Source: Candidatus Kaiserbacteria bacterium (GTDB lineage Bacteria > Patescibacteriota > Minisyncoccia > Phycocordibacterales > UBA918). From it: a stretch of DNA of 64,000 bases. A program made the position numbers and the translations under genes. Below are positions 17,587 through 27,679 of this stretch, in pieces. The notes beneath the pieces are model-generated. The model was not told the origin of the DNA and searched no databases. It worked only from the letters and a program-made list of their open reading frames with translations. How positions within the stretch are numbered: the stretch's first letter is position 1; every line of letters begins with the position of its first letter. The stretch spans positions 2,525 through 66,524 of the forward strand of contig JAHQWD010000003.1 of the NCBI GenBank assembly GCA_019634005.1. The letters are read 5' to 3'.

Positions 17587-18504
17587 ATGATAAAATACAT
17601 GTATATGAAAACACTTATCACACTTATCGTTGTTGCACTTATTGGCCTTGGAGCGTATGTCTTTTTCTACACTCCAGACACGGAGGAATATACACCTTCG
17701 GTCACAGAAGAACAAAGTACCATGGAGGAGGATACAGATACTATGGATCGAGTAGTAGAGGTTGAAAAAGAGACAGAGACAGTCATTGGAACGTCTGTTG
17801 AGGGACGGGACATTACTGCATATCACTATGGAGAAGGAAACACAGAACTCCTCTTTGTTGGCGGTATCCACGGAGGGTACTCTTGGAACACATCACTCGT
17901 TGCCTATGAGCTCATGGACTATCTTGAGAAAGAATCAGAAGTGATTCCTGAGACTGTCCGTGTGACGGTTATTCCAACACTGAATCCCGACGGTCTTGCA
18001 ACTCTTCTTGGAAGCGCAGATCGTTTCAGTGCGAATGATGTACCAGAGGGAAATACGACTGCGGCACGCTTCAATGCGAATGACGTGGATCTTAACCGTA
18101 ACTTTGATTGCGATTGGCAGGAGACTGGCAAGTGGCAGAATACCGACGTAAGCGGCGGATCGGCACCGTTCTCCGAGCCTGAAGCGGAGGCACTCCGCGC
18201 GTATATTGGAGATGATGCACCAGATGCAGTTGTTGTCTGGTACAGCGCGGGAGGAGGAGTCTTTGCTTCAAGTTGTCACAATGGTGTCTCCGAAGAGACG
18301 CTGGCACTTACCGAACTGTATGCGGAGGCCTCAGGATATACTGCTTATGAGAGTTTCGATTTCTACACCATTACTGGTGATATGGTGAACTGGCTTGCGA
18401 AAGAAGGTATTCCTGCAGTAAGCGTCCTTCTTACCACACATACCGACACCGAGTGGTCTCGGAATAAACGCGGTATCGATGCACTATTCGCTACGTATAA
18501 ATAA
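17587..18504 (+). CDS. M14-like zinc carboxypeptidase family protein, predicted catalytically inactive paralog
   Basis: N-terminal TM anchor. Carries the family motifs VDLNRNFD and VIPTLNPDG. However HGGYS, VVWYSA and SVLLTT replace the HGGYE, FWHS and TVELRT of its downstream paralog. The start could be 17605. Confidence 0.7.
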   Translation: MIKYMYMKTLITLIVVALIGLGAYVFFYTPDTEEYTPSVTEEQSTMEEDTDTMDRVVEVEKETETVIGTSVEGRDITAYHYGEGNTELLFVGGIHGGYSWNTSLVAYELMDYLEKESEVIPETVRVTVIPTLNPDGLATLLGSADRFSANDVPEGNTTAARFNANDVDLNRNFDCDWQETGKWQNTDVSGGSAPFSEPEAEALRAYIGDDAPDAVVVWYSAGGGVFASSCHNGVSEETLALTELYAEASGYTAYESFDFYTITGDMVNWLAKEGIPAVSVLLTTHTDTEWSRNKRGIDALFATYK

Positions 18505-19370
18505 TGTCATCTGCTCTTAAATACATAGGGGGTGTTCTTATACTTCTTGCGCTTGGAATAGTGCTCTGGCGAATGTCTACATCAGAAGAGATGCCCGCAC
18601 CTGTCGCTGAGGAAGAGGTTGTTCTTGAAACCGTCTCACCGCAGTCAGTAATTGGAACGTCTGTTGAGGGGCGCTCTATAGAAGCCTACACATATGGAGA
18701 AGGGAGTACCCACCTTCTCTTTGTTGGCGGTATTCACGGAGGGTATGAATGGAACAGCGTACTCCTCGCATATGAGCTTATAGACTACCTTGAAGCATAT
18801 CCCGAAGTACTTCCCGAGACACTTACGGTCACAGTTATTCCCGCACTGAACCCTGACGGACTGTATGCGGTGACAAAAAAAGAAGGACAGTTTGTAGCAT
18901 CAGACGTTACGGGGGACACAACGGTCGGTCGCTTTAATGCAAACGCAGTAGATCTTAACCGTAACTTTGATTGTAAATGGCAGCCAGAGAGTACGTGGCG
19001 CTCCCAGCCAGTGAGTGCTGGTACCAAAGCATTCTCCGAGCCTGAAGCACAAGCCCTTCGAGACTTCGTTCTCGAACAGTCTCCTACAGCTGTTGTCTTT
19101 TGGCACAGTAAGGCAAATGCCGTGTATGCGTCAGAATGTCTGGAGGGGGTACTTCCAGAAACACTCACGCTTATGAATACCTATGCAACAGCTGCGAAGT
19201 ACAGGGCAGTTCCTTCTTTTGATGCATATCCCGTAACTGGAGATGCTGAAGGATGGCTTGCATCTCTGGGTATTCCTGCGATCACGGTAGAGCTTAGAAC
19301 ACATGAGACTATCGAATGGGAACAAAATCGTGCGGCTATCCGAGCGTTGTTTTCTCTGTATGGAGAATAA
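18504..19370 (+). CDS. M14-like zinc carboxypeptidase family protein (predicted active paralog)
   Basis: ~45% identical to the upstream gene. Has HGGYEW, NRNFD, FWHS (His) and TVELRT (Glu). The start ATG overlaps the upstream stop as TAATG. Confidence 0.7.
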   Translation: MSSALKYIGGVLILLALGIVLWRMSTSEEMPAPVAEEEVVLETVSPQSVIGTSVEGRSIEAYTYGEGSTHLLFVGGIHGGYEWNSVLLAYELIDYLEAYPEVLPETLTVTVIPALNPDGLYAVTKKEGQFVASDVTGDTTVGRFNANAVDLNRNFDCKWQPESTWRSQPVSAGTKAFSEPEAQALRDFVLEQSPTAVVFWHSKANAVYASECLEGVLPETLTLMNTYATAAKYRAVPSFDAYPVTGDAEGWLASLGIPAITVELRTHETIEWEQNRAAIRALFSLYGE

Positions 19371-19381
19371 GCATAAACCCT

Positions 19382-19783
19382 ATGATTCATATCAAATATA
19401 AATTAGATAAATCAAACAGACATGGTGTTGGTCTATTTACAGACGAAGATCTAGAAAAGGGACAGTTAGTCTATACCGCAAGTCCCCTCCTCGATGTTGA
19501 TCTTACTCAAGAACAATTTGATCAGTTAACTGACCAGGAGAGAGCGGAAGTTATGTGGTGGGGATATTTTGACGAGCCGAGTCAGCGTTGGCATGTCGAC
19601 TTTGATGTGTCGAAGTTCATTAACCATTCTGAAGAAGGTGTCCTTACGCAAAGTGAGGATCATGACGAGGCATATCTAGTAACGACTCGTGATGTGAGAA
19701 AAGGTGAAGAATTGACCCAGAATTATCTCGAATTTGAGAACGAGGAAGATTTAAGACGGAGGGGGATTAGTGTAGGGGAATAG
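19382..19783 (+). CDS. SET-domain protein (putative lysine methyltransferase)
   Basis: 133 aa with SET motifs: GVGLFT, FINHS(EE) in place of NHSCxPN, and ELTQNY (the ELxxxY C-terminal motif). Confidence 0.65.
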   Translation: MIHIKYKLDKSNRHGVGLFTDEDLEKGQLVYTASPLLDVDLTQEQFDQLTDQERAEVMWWGYFDEPSQRWHVDFDVSKFINHSEEGVLTQSEDHDEAYLVTTRDVRKGEELTQNYLEFENEEDLRRRGISVGE

Positions 19784-19918
19784 AGAGATCAAAAACATTA
19801 CCTCTCGAAGACACAGAATATGGTGATTACTATTTTGTTCTAAATAACATATAGGTACACCCAGTAGGACACACTTGACCATACGACATTTCCCGCGTAC
19901 TCTAAGCGCACTTTACAT

Positions 19919-21694
19919 ATGGAAACACGAAATATTGCAATCATTGCGCACGTAGACCACGGGAAGACCACACTGACCGACGCTATTATGCGTCAGACGG
20001 GTGCGGTTGCTGAAGGATCATCTATGGACTCTAACTCGCTCGAACAAGAGCGTGGTATTACCATCTACGCAAAAAATGCATCAGTAACGTACAAAGATAC
20101 AAAGATTAACATCGTAGACACTCCAGGACACGCGGACTTTGGAAGTGAGGTGGAGCGTGTGCTTCGTTCCATTGATGCTGTACTCCTTGTCGTAGACGCA
20201 CAGGAGGGTCCCATGCCACAGACACGATTTGTATTGAAGAAGTCTCTAGAGCTTGGACTGAAGCCAATCGTTGTGCTGAATAAGATCGACAAGCCCGCTG
20301 CAGATACCGATAAAGCGGAAGAGCAGGTATTAGAACTTTTCTTGGAGCTTGGTGCGTCAGACGAACAGGCAGACTTTACCGTTGTCTATGCTATCGGACG
20401 TGATGGCGTTGCAAAAAAGAATATGGATGATGAGCTTAAAGACCTTACACCACTTTTAGACACCATTCTTGAAGAGGTGCCTGCTGCAAAAGAATATGCA
20501 GAGGGAGATACCCTCAAGGCACAGATATTCAACCTTGGATACGACAACTTCCTCGGACGTCTCGCTATCGCACGCATCTACGAAGGGAAGATTGTTGATA
20601 ATGCGCCAATCTTTATTAAAGATGGAGATGGAGCAGCACGAAAAGGGAAAGTGACGAAACTCTCCACCTTCCAAGGACTTGAGCAGGTTCCAGTAAAAGA
20701 AGCCTATGCAGGAGACATTGTTCTCATTGCGGGGCTTGAGGATATCAATATTGGGGAGACACTCACTGATGCTGAGGAAGGAGAGACACTCCCGTCCATC
20801 TCTGTGGACGAGCCAACCATCGGACTTACTTTTATGCCGAATGCGTCACCATTTGCAGGGCGTGAAGGAAAGTATGTCACCAGTCGCCAGATTAAAGAGC
20901 GCCTTGAGAAAGAACTTGAAGTGAATGTAGGACTCCAAGTTGACTTCGCTCAAGGAGACTCTTTTGAAGTGTTTGGTCGGGGAGAAATGCACATCTCTAT
21001 CCTTCTAGAGAACATGCGCCGTGAAGGATATGAGCTTGCCGTATCACAGCCGCGCGTCATCATTCGCGAAGACGAGAGTGGAAAGACCGAACCATTTGAG
21101 GAGGTTATTATCGATACACCAGAACAATTCCAGGGAGCGATTATTGAGCGACTCTCTAATCGTGGATTTATCATGCAGAACATGGTGCCAGAAGGGAACC
21201 AAGTACGGCTCACGTTTGAAGGGCCGACACGAGGGCTCCTCGGCTATCGTGGACAGTTTATTATCGATACTAAGGGAGAGGGGATTCTCTGTTCACGGGT
21301 TATTGGTTTCCGTCCATACGCAGGAGAGATCAAGAAGCGCGCGGTCGGTTCTATGGTATCTATGGCACCTGGAAAGGCACTCGGCTTTGCACTCTTTAAC
21401 CTTCAAGATAGAGGGACACTCTACATTGGTCCTGGTACCGAGGTATATGAAGGGATGGTGATTGGAAACACCTCAAAGGGAGAGGAGATGGTAGTGAATC
21501 CAACAAAAGGGAAAAACCTTACCAACGTTCGGGCTTCAGGGTCTGATGATGCAATTGACCTCGTACCACCACAACCACTCTCTATCGAGATCGGTCTTGA
21601 GATTATGGCAGATGATGAGCTCCTTGAGGTGACCCCAAACTCTGTACGTCTACGGAAGCGCCACCTAAAAGAGAGTGAGCGGAAGAGAGCCTAG
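19919..21694 (+). CDS. typA: translational GTPase TypA/BipA
   Basis: [15 protein letters not shown] and DTPGHADF, with the EF-G-like five-domain layout. 591 aa. Confidence 0.95.
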   Translation: METRNIAIIAHVDHGKTTLTDAIMRQTGAVAEGSSMDSNSLEQERGITIYAKNASVTYKDTKINIVDTPGHADFGSEVERVLRSIDAVLLVVDAQEGPMPQTRFVLKKSLELGLKPIVVLNKIDKPAADTDKAEEQVLELFLELGASDEQADFTVVYAIGRDGVAKKNMDDELKDLTPLLDTILEEVPAAKEYAEGDTLKAQIFNLGYDNFLGRLAIARIYEGKIVDNAPIFIKDGDGAARKGKVTKLSTFQGLEQVPVKEAYAGDIVLIAGLEDINIGETLTDAEEGETLPSISVDEPTIGLTFMPNASPFAGREGKYVTSRQIKERLEKELEVNVGLQVDFAQGDSFEVFGRGEMHISILLENMRREGYELAVSQPRVIIREDESGKTEPFEEVIIDTPEQFQGAIIERLSNRGFIMQNMVPEGNQVRLTFEGPTRGLLGYRGQFIIDTKGEGILCSRVIGFRPYAGEIKKRAVGSMVSMAPGKALGFALFNLQDRGTLYIGPGTEVYEGMVIGNTSKGEEMVVNPTKGKNLTNVRASGSDDAIDLVPPQPLSIEIGLEIMADDELLEVTPNSVRLRKRHLKESERKRA

Positions 21695-22134
21695 TTCGGC
21701 CGTTCTCCAAAGTTTTTCTCAAAGATATCGTCAATGAAGTGATCAAGTTTTGTCTTTTTGAAAAACTGTCGACGGGAATATATATAAATCGCCACGATAC
21801 CAGGAACAATTGCAGTGACTGGATTAAGTATGAGGGCAAGGGCAGTTATAAGTGCAAAAAGCCAGAATGCGAGATGGTTTTTCTTAAGGATACTGTAAGC
21901 TGCAGTGATCGCGATAACACCCACCGCAATCTGAAGTAGGTATGAGAAGCCAGAGATACGCTCTGGCTGTACGATATTCACAAAGAGACTTCCGATGATA
22001 CTGAGGCCTCCAATAAGGGTAAAGAGCGCAATGAATTTCATGATACTCGGAATCTGTGCTTTTGGGATCTCTACCTGCAATGTCTGTGCTACTTCCGAGA
22101 TCTTCTCCTCTGCTTTCTGTGCCTCTTTTTTCAT
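21691..22134 (-). CDS. hypothetical membrane protein
   Basis: 147 aa with three predicted TM helices. No recognisable domain. Confidence 0.5.
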   Translation of the reverse strand: MKKEAQKAEEKISEVAQTLQVEIPKAQIPSIMKFIALFTLIGGLSIIGSLFVNIVQPERISGFSYLLQIAVGVIAITAAYSILKKNHLAFWLFALITALALILNPVTAIVPGIVAIYIYSRRQFFKKTKLDHFIDDIFEKNFGERPN

Positions 22135-22173
22135 AGTGCTCTCATTCTAGCATCATTTGGTATACTGGCGAAT

Positions 22174-22770
22174 ATGAAACAGCAGATTCTTATTATCCAT
22201 GGAGGGGATAGTTATATCTCAGAAGAGGAATATCACAAAGCATTACAAAACCGACAACTCAAGTTGGAGTGGTTTCGAGATGGTTCTAGTTGGAAAAAGT
22301 CACTGCAGGATGTATTAGGTAAGGAATATGATGTTCTAACACCGTATTTTCCACTTCGTGAAAATGCGCGCTATGAGGAGTGGAAGTTGGTGTTTGAAAA
22401 ACTGATGAAGATTGTTGATGAAGGAGTGATGATTATTGGACATTCGCTCGGCGGAATGTTTATTGCAAAATATCTTTCAGAAAATACAGCGTCCAAAAAA
22501 ATCAATGCCGTTTTCATAGTTGCTGCTCCATATGCTATGAATCCGCCGTGGTCACCTGAATTTGACGTGCCCGAATCCCTTGCAACTTTTGAACAGCAAG
22601 TTCCTCATATTTTCCTGTATCAAAGTAAAGATGATCCGCTCGTCTCTGTGGAAGAAGTCTACAAATTTGAGAGAGCAGTACCATCTGCAGAAGTGCGTAT
22701 CTTTGAGGATAGAGGACATTTCCTTGGGGATTCTTTCCCAGAGATAGTAGACGATATTACATCTCTATGA
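22174..22770 (+). CDS. alpha/beta hydrolase (RBBP9/YdeN-like serine hydrolase)
   Basis: GHSLGG nucleophile elbow. ~198 aa, matching the size and pattern of the YdeN family. Confidence 0.65.
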   Translation: MKQQILIIHGGDSYISEEEYHKALQNRQLKLEWFRDGSSWKKSLQDVLGKEYDVLTPYFPLRENARYEEWKLVFEKLMKIVDEGVMIIGHSLGGMFIAKYLSENTASKKINAVFIVAAPYAMNPPWSPEFDVPESLATFEQQVPHIFLYQSKDDPLVSVEEVYKFERAVPSAEVRIFEDRGHFLGDSFPEIVDDITSL

Positions 22771-23075
22771 AAACATTCAGCGAACGTGTCGTCGATTTTG
22801 CACTCTCCATTCCAAAAGGGAGGGTGACCACATACGGAGATCTCGCACGCGCTGCAGGTGCGGGTCCTATGGCGTCACAGAGCATCACGACTATTCTTGC
22901 AAAGGCAGAGAAAAACGGAGTGAAAGGCATCCCATATCACCGTATTGTCTACGCTGGTGGAAAGGTGTGGCTCAATGAGAAATATCGCAAAGAACGGATG
23001 GATCTCTATGCGAAAGAGGGTATTGAGGTAGACGAGAAAGGGCGAATCTTTGGGTTTGAGGACATTCGTATCTAG
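22767..23075 (+). CDS. MGMT-family DNA-binding domain protein lacking the active-site Cys (alkyltransferase-like, ATL)
   Basis: TYGDLARAAG...IPYHRIV. The canonical PCHR is PYHR here, so no Cys acceptor is present. Confidence 0.7.
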   Translation: MKTFSERVVDFALSIPKGRVTTYGDLARAAGAGPMASQSITTILAKAEKNGVKGIPYHRIVYAGGKVWLNEKYRKERMDLYAKEGIEVDEKGRIFGFEDIRI

Positions 23076-23097
23076 CTGCATGCTACAATGTGCGCAT

Positions 23098-23577
23098 ATG
23101 GAAACATTTATCACAGCAGTCTTTGAATATGGACGCACGATTGCCGTTGGGGCATCAACATTTGCCGTCCTTTTCTTTCTTATATTAATGGTAGGTGGAG
23201 AGAAGAGTCCAGTTGTTCGTAAGGTGATGCACACAGTTTACGCGGTACTTCGTGTGGGAATGGTGCTTATCGGGCTTTCGCTTATTGGTATGTATTTTGT
23301 GGACACTGGTATAGAGCCGCTTCGCTATGTATTTCTCTGGGTACTGCTCATTATCATCACCGTGAATGCGGTGCTTATGACCGCACACATCATGAATCTC
23401 AAGTACGGGCCAGTCATCGCGGCGGGATCATGGTACTCAATGTTTTTCGTCAGTGTGCTCCCAATTCACACACTTGGGGTGCCAACAGCAATCGGACTGT
23501 ATATCGCATTCCTTGTACTCGTCTACATCTTCATTGAAATTATGAAGCCGATAATGAAAAAACGTGCAGAAGCATAA
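23098..23577 (+). CDS. hypothetical integral membrane protein
   Basis: ~5 TM helices. ATG at 23098 (METFITAVF). Confidence 0.5.
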   Translation: METFITAVFEYGRTIAVGASTFAVLFFLILMVGGEKSPVVRKVMHTVYAVLRVGMVLIGLSLIGMYFVDTGIEPLRYVFLWVLLIIITVNAVLMTAHIMNLKYGPVIAAGSWYSMFFVSVLPIHTLGVPTAIGLYIAFLVLVYIFIEIMKPIMKKRAEA

Positions 23578-23836
23578 ATACTACGTCTACATACTTAAGT
23601 GCAGCGACGGTACATACTACACAGGAATAACGAATGATCTCGATAAGCGAGTAGAAGCACATAACACCTCTCCTCAGGGAGCAAAATACACTCGAACGCG
23701 GAGACCGGTTCGTCTGATGTATAGCGAATCATGCACGGATAAAGGGGAAGCGCTCCGTCGTGAGTATGAAATACGAAAGTGCTCAAGGACGCAAAAGGTC
23801 AATATCATAGCCACATTTCAGAAAAAACGGGCATAA
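23564..23836 (+). CDS. GIY-YIG nuclease family protein (YhbQ/UPF0213-like)
   Basis: YYVYILKCSDGTYYTGITNDLDKRVEAHN...GAKYTR. GTG start overlapping the upstream gene. Confidence 0.7.
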   Translation: MQKHKYYVYILKCSDGTYYTGITNDLDKRVEAHNTSPQGAKYTRTRRPVRLMYSESCTDKGEALRREYEIRKCSRTQKVNIIATFQKKRA

Positions 23837-23924
23837 CTTGCGTTTAGGGGGTAAACATTGTGCAATACTTGTGTGGAACGATTCTGTAGTATGATGATGC
23901 GCGTGAAATAGAAATAGAATCTAC

Positions 23925-25208
23925 ATGGCACAAGGAAATCCGAAAAAGAATATTATTGCGTATGTGGTCAGTCTCCCTCCTGGAGCTGCAGAAAGCATTC
24001 GTGCATACAGTAAGCGTGAGAAGCAGAAGCTTCGTATCATGCTCATCATTGATTCTCGGACAAAGGGGAAGGATAAGATAAAAAAGAACAAAGACTTCGA
24101 TATTCTCATTGAAGTAGATTTCTCAAAACCACACAAGATTGCATCTGCATTACTCCCATACCAAGACGAGCTTCGTGCCATTACGTGTCGCACGGAATCA
24201 CATATGGCAAAGTTCGCTGCAGTACTTCCTCATGTGCCATACCTCAGGACGCCATCAACAGAGTCTATTGAGTGGGCGAGTGATAAGCTGAAGATGCGAA
24301 AAAGATTTGCGCTCTATGACAAGTCGATTACCCCAAAGTATACGGCGGTGAAGGAGAACTCAAAGAAGGAGCGGAAGCGTATTATTGAAAAAATTGGTTT
24401 CCCAATGGTGGTAAAGCCTGCAAATCTTGCACAGAGCCTCCTTGTTTCTATCTGCTACCACGAAGAAGAGCTTGATAAAGCACTCCGCTCTTCGTTTCGT
24501 AAGATTAAGAAGATCTATGGAGAGAATGGTCGTACAGAGCTCCCGACACTGATGGCAGAAGAATACATGGAAGGAACTATGTACTCTGTTGATGCGTACG
24601 TGAATAGTCGCGGTACAGTATACTTCTGTCCGCTTGTGCGAACGAAGACGGGGAAGGAGATTGGTCACGATGATTTCTATGGATATCTGCAGATGACACC
24701 AACAGTGCTTAAGAAGAATACTGTTGAGAAGGCACGAGAGGTTGCGGAGAAAGGTGTACATGCGCTTGGGTTACGCAACACAACTGCACATATTGAGCTG
24801 ATGAAGCTCGAAGACGACTGGAAGATTGTGGAGATTGGTGCCCGTGTTGGTGGCTTCCGTCCAAAACTCCATCAACTATCGTGTGACATAGACCATTCAC
24901 TGAACGATGTACTCATCCGCCTTCCAAAGAAACCAGTTATTCCGAAAAAGTGTAAGGGATACGCTGCTGCAATGAAATGGTATCCAAAAAAAGAAGGAGT
25001 GCTCACAAAGTTACAGGGGATTAAGAAGATTCAAGAGCTCAAGTCCTTTGTCGAAATATCAGAGATCAAAAAACTTGGAGACCGATGTCGCTTTGCAAAG
25101 AATGGTGGAAAGGCAGTCTTTAAGATGGTGCTCTACAACAAAGATCGCGCGAAGCTCCTTGCTGACATTCGTCGTATTGAACAACTCGTGGATATCAAGA
25201 TTAAATAA
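23925..25208 (+). CDS. ATP-grasp domain protein of unknown substrate
   Basis: ATP-grasp motifs GFPMVVKP, EEYMEG..YSVDAY and HIELMKLEDDWKIVEIGARVGG. A ~130-aa N-terminal extension precedes them. Confidence 0.65.
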   Translation: MAQGNPKKNIIAYVVSLPPGAAESIRAYSKREKQKLRIMLIIDSRTKGKDKIKKNKDFDILIEVDFSKPHKIASALLPYQDELRAITCRTESHMAKFAAVLPHVPYLRTPSTESIEWASDKLKMRKRFALYDKSITPKYTAVKENSKKERKRIIEKIGFPMVVKPANLAQSLLVSICYHEEELDKALRSSFRKIKKIYGENGRTELPTLMAEEYMEGTMYSVDAYVNSRGTVYFCPLVRTKTGKEIGHDDFYGYLQMTPTVLKKNTVEKAREVAEKGVHALGLRNTTAHIELMKLEDDWKIVEIGARVGGFRPKLHQLSCDIDHSLNDVLIRLPKKPVIPKKCKGYAAAMKWYPKKEGVLTKLQGIKKIQELKSFVEISEIKKLGDRCRFAKNGGKAVFKMVLYNKDRAKLLADIRRIEQLVDIKIK

Positions 25209-25217
25209 TACTGAATC

Positions 25218-25484
25218 TTGTATATACTGAGGGTGATGATTCTACGTAAAAAACACGCAACCGTTGCCACTGTACTCATTCTCGTGCTTGTGGTGCTTCT
25301 TGTCGCCTTCCTCCTTATGCGTACCGAGGAAGAGCCACAAAATCAATTGGTTGCAACACCAGCACTTACGGTGACAGATATTGAAACCTCAGTCACGGTC
25401 TCTAGTGACACAAACAAAGAGCGACAACAACATGCTGGAGCTCGGCTCATTGAGCGATTCAAGGTAACTGAAACAGGAGGGTAA
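25218..25484 (+). CDS. small membrane protein
   Basis: One TM helix (VATVLILVLVVLLVAFLL). The start could be 25236. Confidence 0.4.
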   Translation: MYILRVMILRKKHATVATVLILVLVVLLVAFLLMRTEEEPQNQLVATPALTVTDIETSVTVSSDTNKERQQHAGARLIERFKVTETGG

Positions 25485-25489
25485 CAGGT

Positions 25490-26716
25490 ATGGCAGTTCC
25501 CAAAAGACAATTCCCGGATGGTTTCTACTGGGGAGCTGGCACCTCAGCGTATCAGGTGGAAGGGAATATCTACAACACAGACTGGGCACTTGCGGCAGAG
25601 GAGGGGAGAGTGCCAAGGGCGGGAAAAAGCTCTGATCATTATAATTATTTTGAAGAAGATTTCGATCTTGCAAAAGAGCTCGGACATAATGCGCATCGTT
25701 TCTCTATCGAATGGGCACGCATTGAGCCTGAAGAAGGAACGTTTGATCATAAAGAGATAGAACACTATCGGGAAGTACTTAAAGCGCTCCGTAAACGTGG
25801 TCTGGAACCGTATGTGACACTGTGGCATTTCACACTCCCGCTGTGGTTTTCAGAGAAGGGAGGTTTTGAAAGAAAGGATGCGCCAGAAATTTTTGCTCGA
25901 TACTGTTCTTTCGTCATGAAAGAATTGGGAGACCTCTTTACACATGTCTCAACTATGAATGAGCCAAACGTCTATGCGACACATGGATGGCTGTATGGCG
26001 CATGGCCACCATTCAAGCAGTGGCGGATCCTTGGTAAGAAAATTGGGAAGGAGGACGGTACGTCACGACGGACACAGAGTAGCTTCTTGAACATATTTCG
26101 CTACTTTAAGGTTTCAGACAATCTTATAAGAGCCCACCGACAAGCATACTTCGAAATAAAGAAGGTCTCACCTAAAGCGGAGGTGAGCGTGGTGAAGCAT
26201 GTACATTATTTTTATGCGAATAAGAACCCACTGAATAAACTATTGGCTCGGTTTATGAATTACCAACAGACGACTCGGTTCATGAACAAGGTGGCAGACT
26301 CTTGTGATGAGATAGGTCTCAACTTCTATCGAAGCACACAGTTTGGTGATACTCGTACACATACATACACAGACATGGGCTGGAAGATTGTCCCCGAAGA
26401 CATTTACGGAGCGCTCATGCTCTTACGTCAATACAAGAAGCCGATCTTCATTGCTGAAGCGGGGCTCGCCGATGCAAACGATGTGCACCGTGCGGAATAC
26501 ATTAGAGTCCAGGTCAGTTCTGTGTGGAGGGCAATACAAGAAGGTGTCGATGTGCGAGGACATATGTATTGGTCACTTCTCGATAACTATGAGTGGGCGC
26601 TTGGATATGAAAAGCGCTTCGGCCTTGTCGAAATTGATTACCAGACACTTAAACGGACACCGCGTCCTTCTGCACAGGTCTACCAGAAGATCTGTGTGGA
26701 GAATGCGGTAGAATAG
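25490..26716 (+). CDS. glycoside hydrolase family 1 (beta-glucosidase-like)
   Basis: N-terminal GH1 signature FPDGFYWGAGTSAYQVEG. Acid/base motif TMNEP. C-terminal YWSLLDNYEWALGY. Confidence 0.85.
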   Translation: MAVPKRQFPDGFYWGAGTSAYQVEGNIYNTDWALAAEEGRVPRAGKSSDHYNYFEEDFDLAKELGHNAHRFSIEWARIEPEEGTFDHKEIEHYREVLKALRKRGLEPYVTLWHFTLPLWFSEKGGFERKDAPEIFARYCSFVMKELGDLFTHVSTMNEPNVYATHGWLYGAWPPFKQWRILGKKIGKEDGTSRRTQSSFLNIFRYFKVSDNLIRAHRQAYFEIKKVSPKAEVSVVKHVHYFYANKNPLNKLLARFMNYQQTTRFMNKVADSCDEIGLNFYRSTQFGDTRTHTYTDMGWKIVPEDIYGALMLLRQYKKPIFIAEAGLADANDVHRAEYIRVQVSSVWRAIQEGVDVRGHMYWSLLDNYEWALGYEKRFGLVEIDYQTLKRTPRPSAQVYQKICVENAVE

Positions 26717-26722
26717 TGCTAT

Positions 26723-27661
26723 ATGGTATGGATTTTACTTGCAACGGTTGCACAGTTTCTAAACGCGGTCGTTGCGATTCTTGATAAATATATTGTTACG
26801 GAGAAGAGTGCGCTTCCCAAGCCATTCGTATATGCGTTTTATTCATGTTTGGTCTCTGGAGCGTGGATCTTGGTGTATGCATTTGGTGCACTCCCGCTCG
26901 CATCTCTTGAAGGGCTCTACATCCCATCGTTTGCCGCCGTCGAGAACCCATCGTTGACCGTGGTTGCGTTCTCCTTCCTTGCAGCCTATACATTCTTTTT
27001 TGCACTCGTCTCTTTGTATTCTGCACTAAAAGCGGGGGAGGCATCTGACGTTATGCCTGTTGCAGGAGCAGTGTCTGCAATTGCATCCTTTGGACTCGGG
27101 TATCAATTCCTCGGACAAAGTCTCTCACCAAACTTTGTTTTCGGTATTATCCTTTTGATCATCGGTATGTTCCTCGTCGTACGGAAACGACTGACAAAGT
27201 CTGTTGCGTTCTCATCTCTTCATGCGGGAGTATTCTTCGCACTTCACTTTGTGACCATGAAGGGACTATTCCTTGAAACAACATTTGATAATGCATTCTT
27301 CTGGTCACGTATCGGGTTTGTACTTTTTGCCCTGACGCTTCTCTTGGTGCCAAGTTACTTCAGGATGATCTTTGATCAGACGAAGACGTCACGTCCACAG
27401 ACTGGTTTTCTGATTATTTTTAATAAGATTCTTGCGGGGATAGCAGGGATTCTCATTCTCCGCGCGACAGATCTTGGTGAAGTGGCAGTCGTCCAAGCGC
27501 TTGATGGTCTAAAGTTCGTCTTTATCCTTCTCATTGCCATAGTGGTTGGACAGAAACTTCCTTCAGCGTGTCGGGAAGACAGCTGTAGACGACGGGAAAT
27601 TATCCAGAAAGCACTCTTTGTTGCCATTATATCCTTCGGATACCTTATTCTCTTTATCTAG
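26723..27661 (+). CDS. integral membrane protein (EamA/DMT-like, ~10 TM)
   Basis: Hydrophobicity pattern only. 312 aa. Confidence 0.5.
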   Translation: MVWILLATVAQFLNAVVAILDKYIVTEKSALPKPFVYAFYSCLVSGAWILVYAFGALPLASLEGLYIPSFAAVENPSLTVVAFSFLAAYTFFFALVSLYSALKAGEASDVMPVAGAVSAIASFGLGYQFLGQSLSPNFVFGIILLIIGMFLVVRKRLTKSVAFSSLHAGVFFALHFVTMKGLFLETTFDNAFFWSRIGFVLFALTLLLVPSYFRMIFDQTKTSRPQTGFLIIFNKILAGIAGILILRATDLGEVAVVQALDGLKFVFILLIAIVVGQKLPSACREDSCRRREIIQKALFVAIISFGYLILFI

Positions 27662-27679
27662 AGCTGGTACAATACGAGT

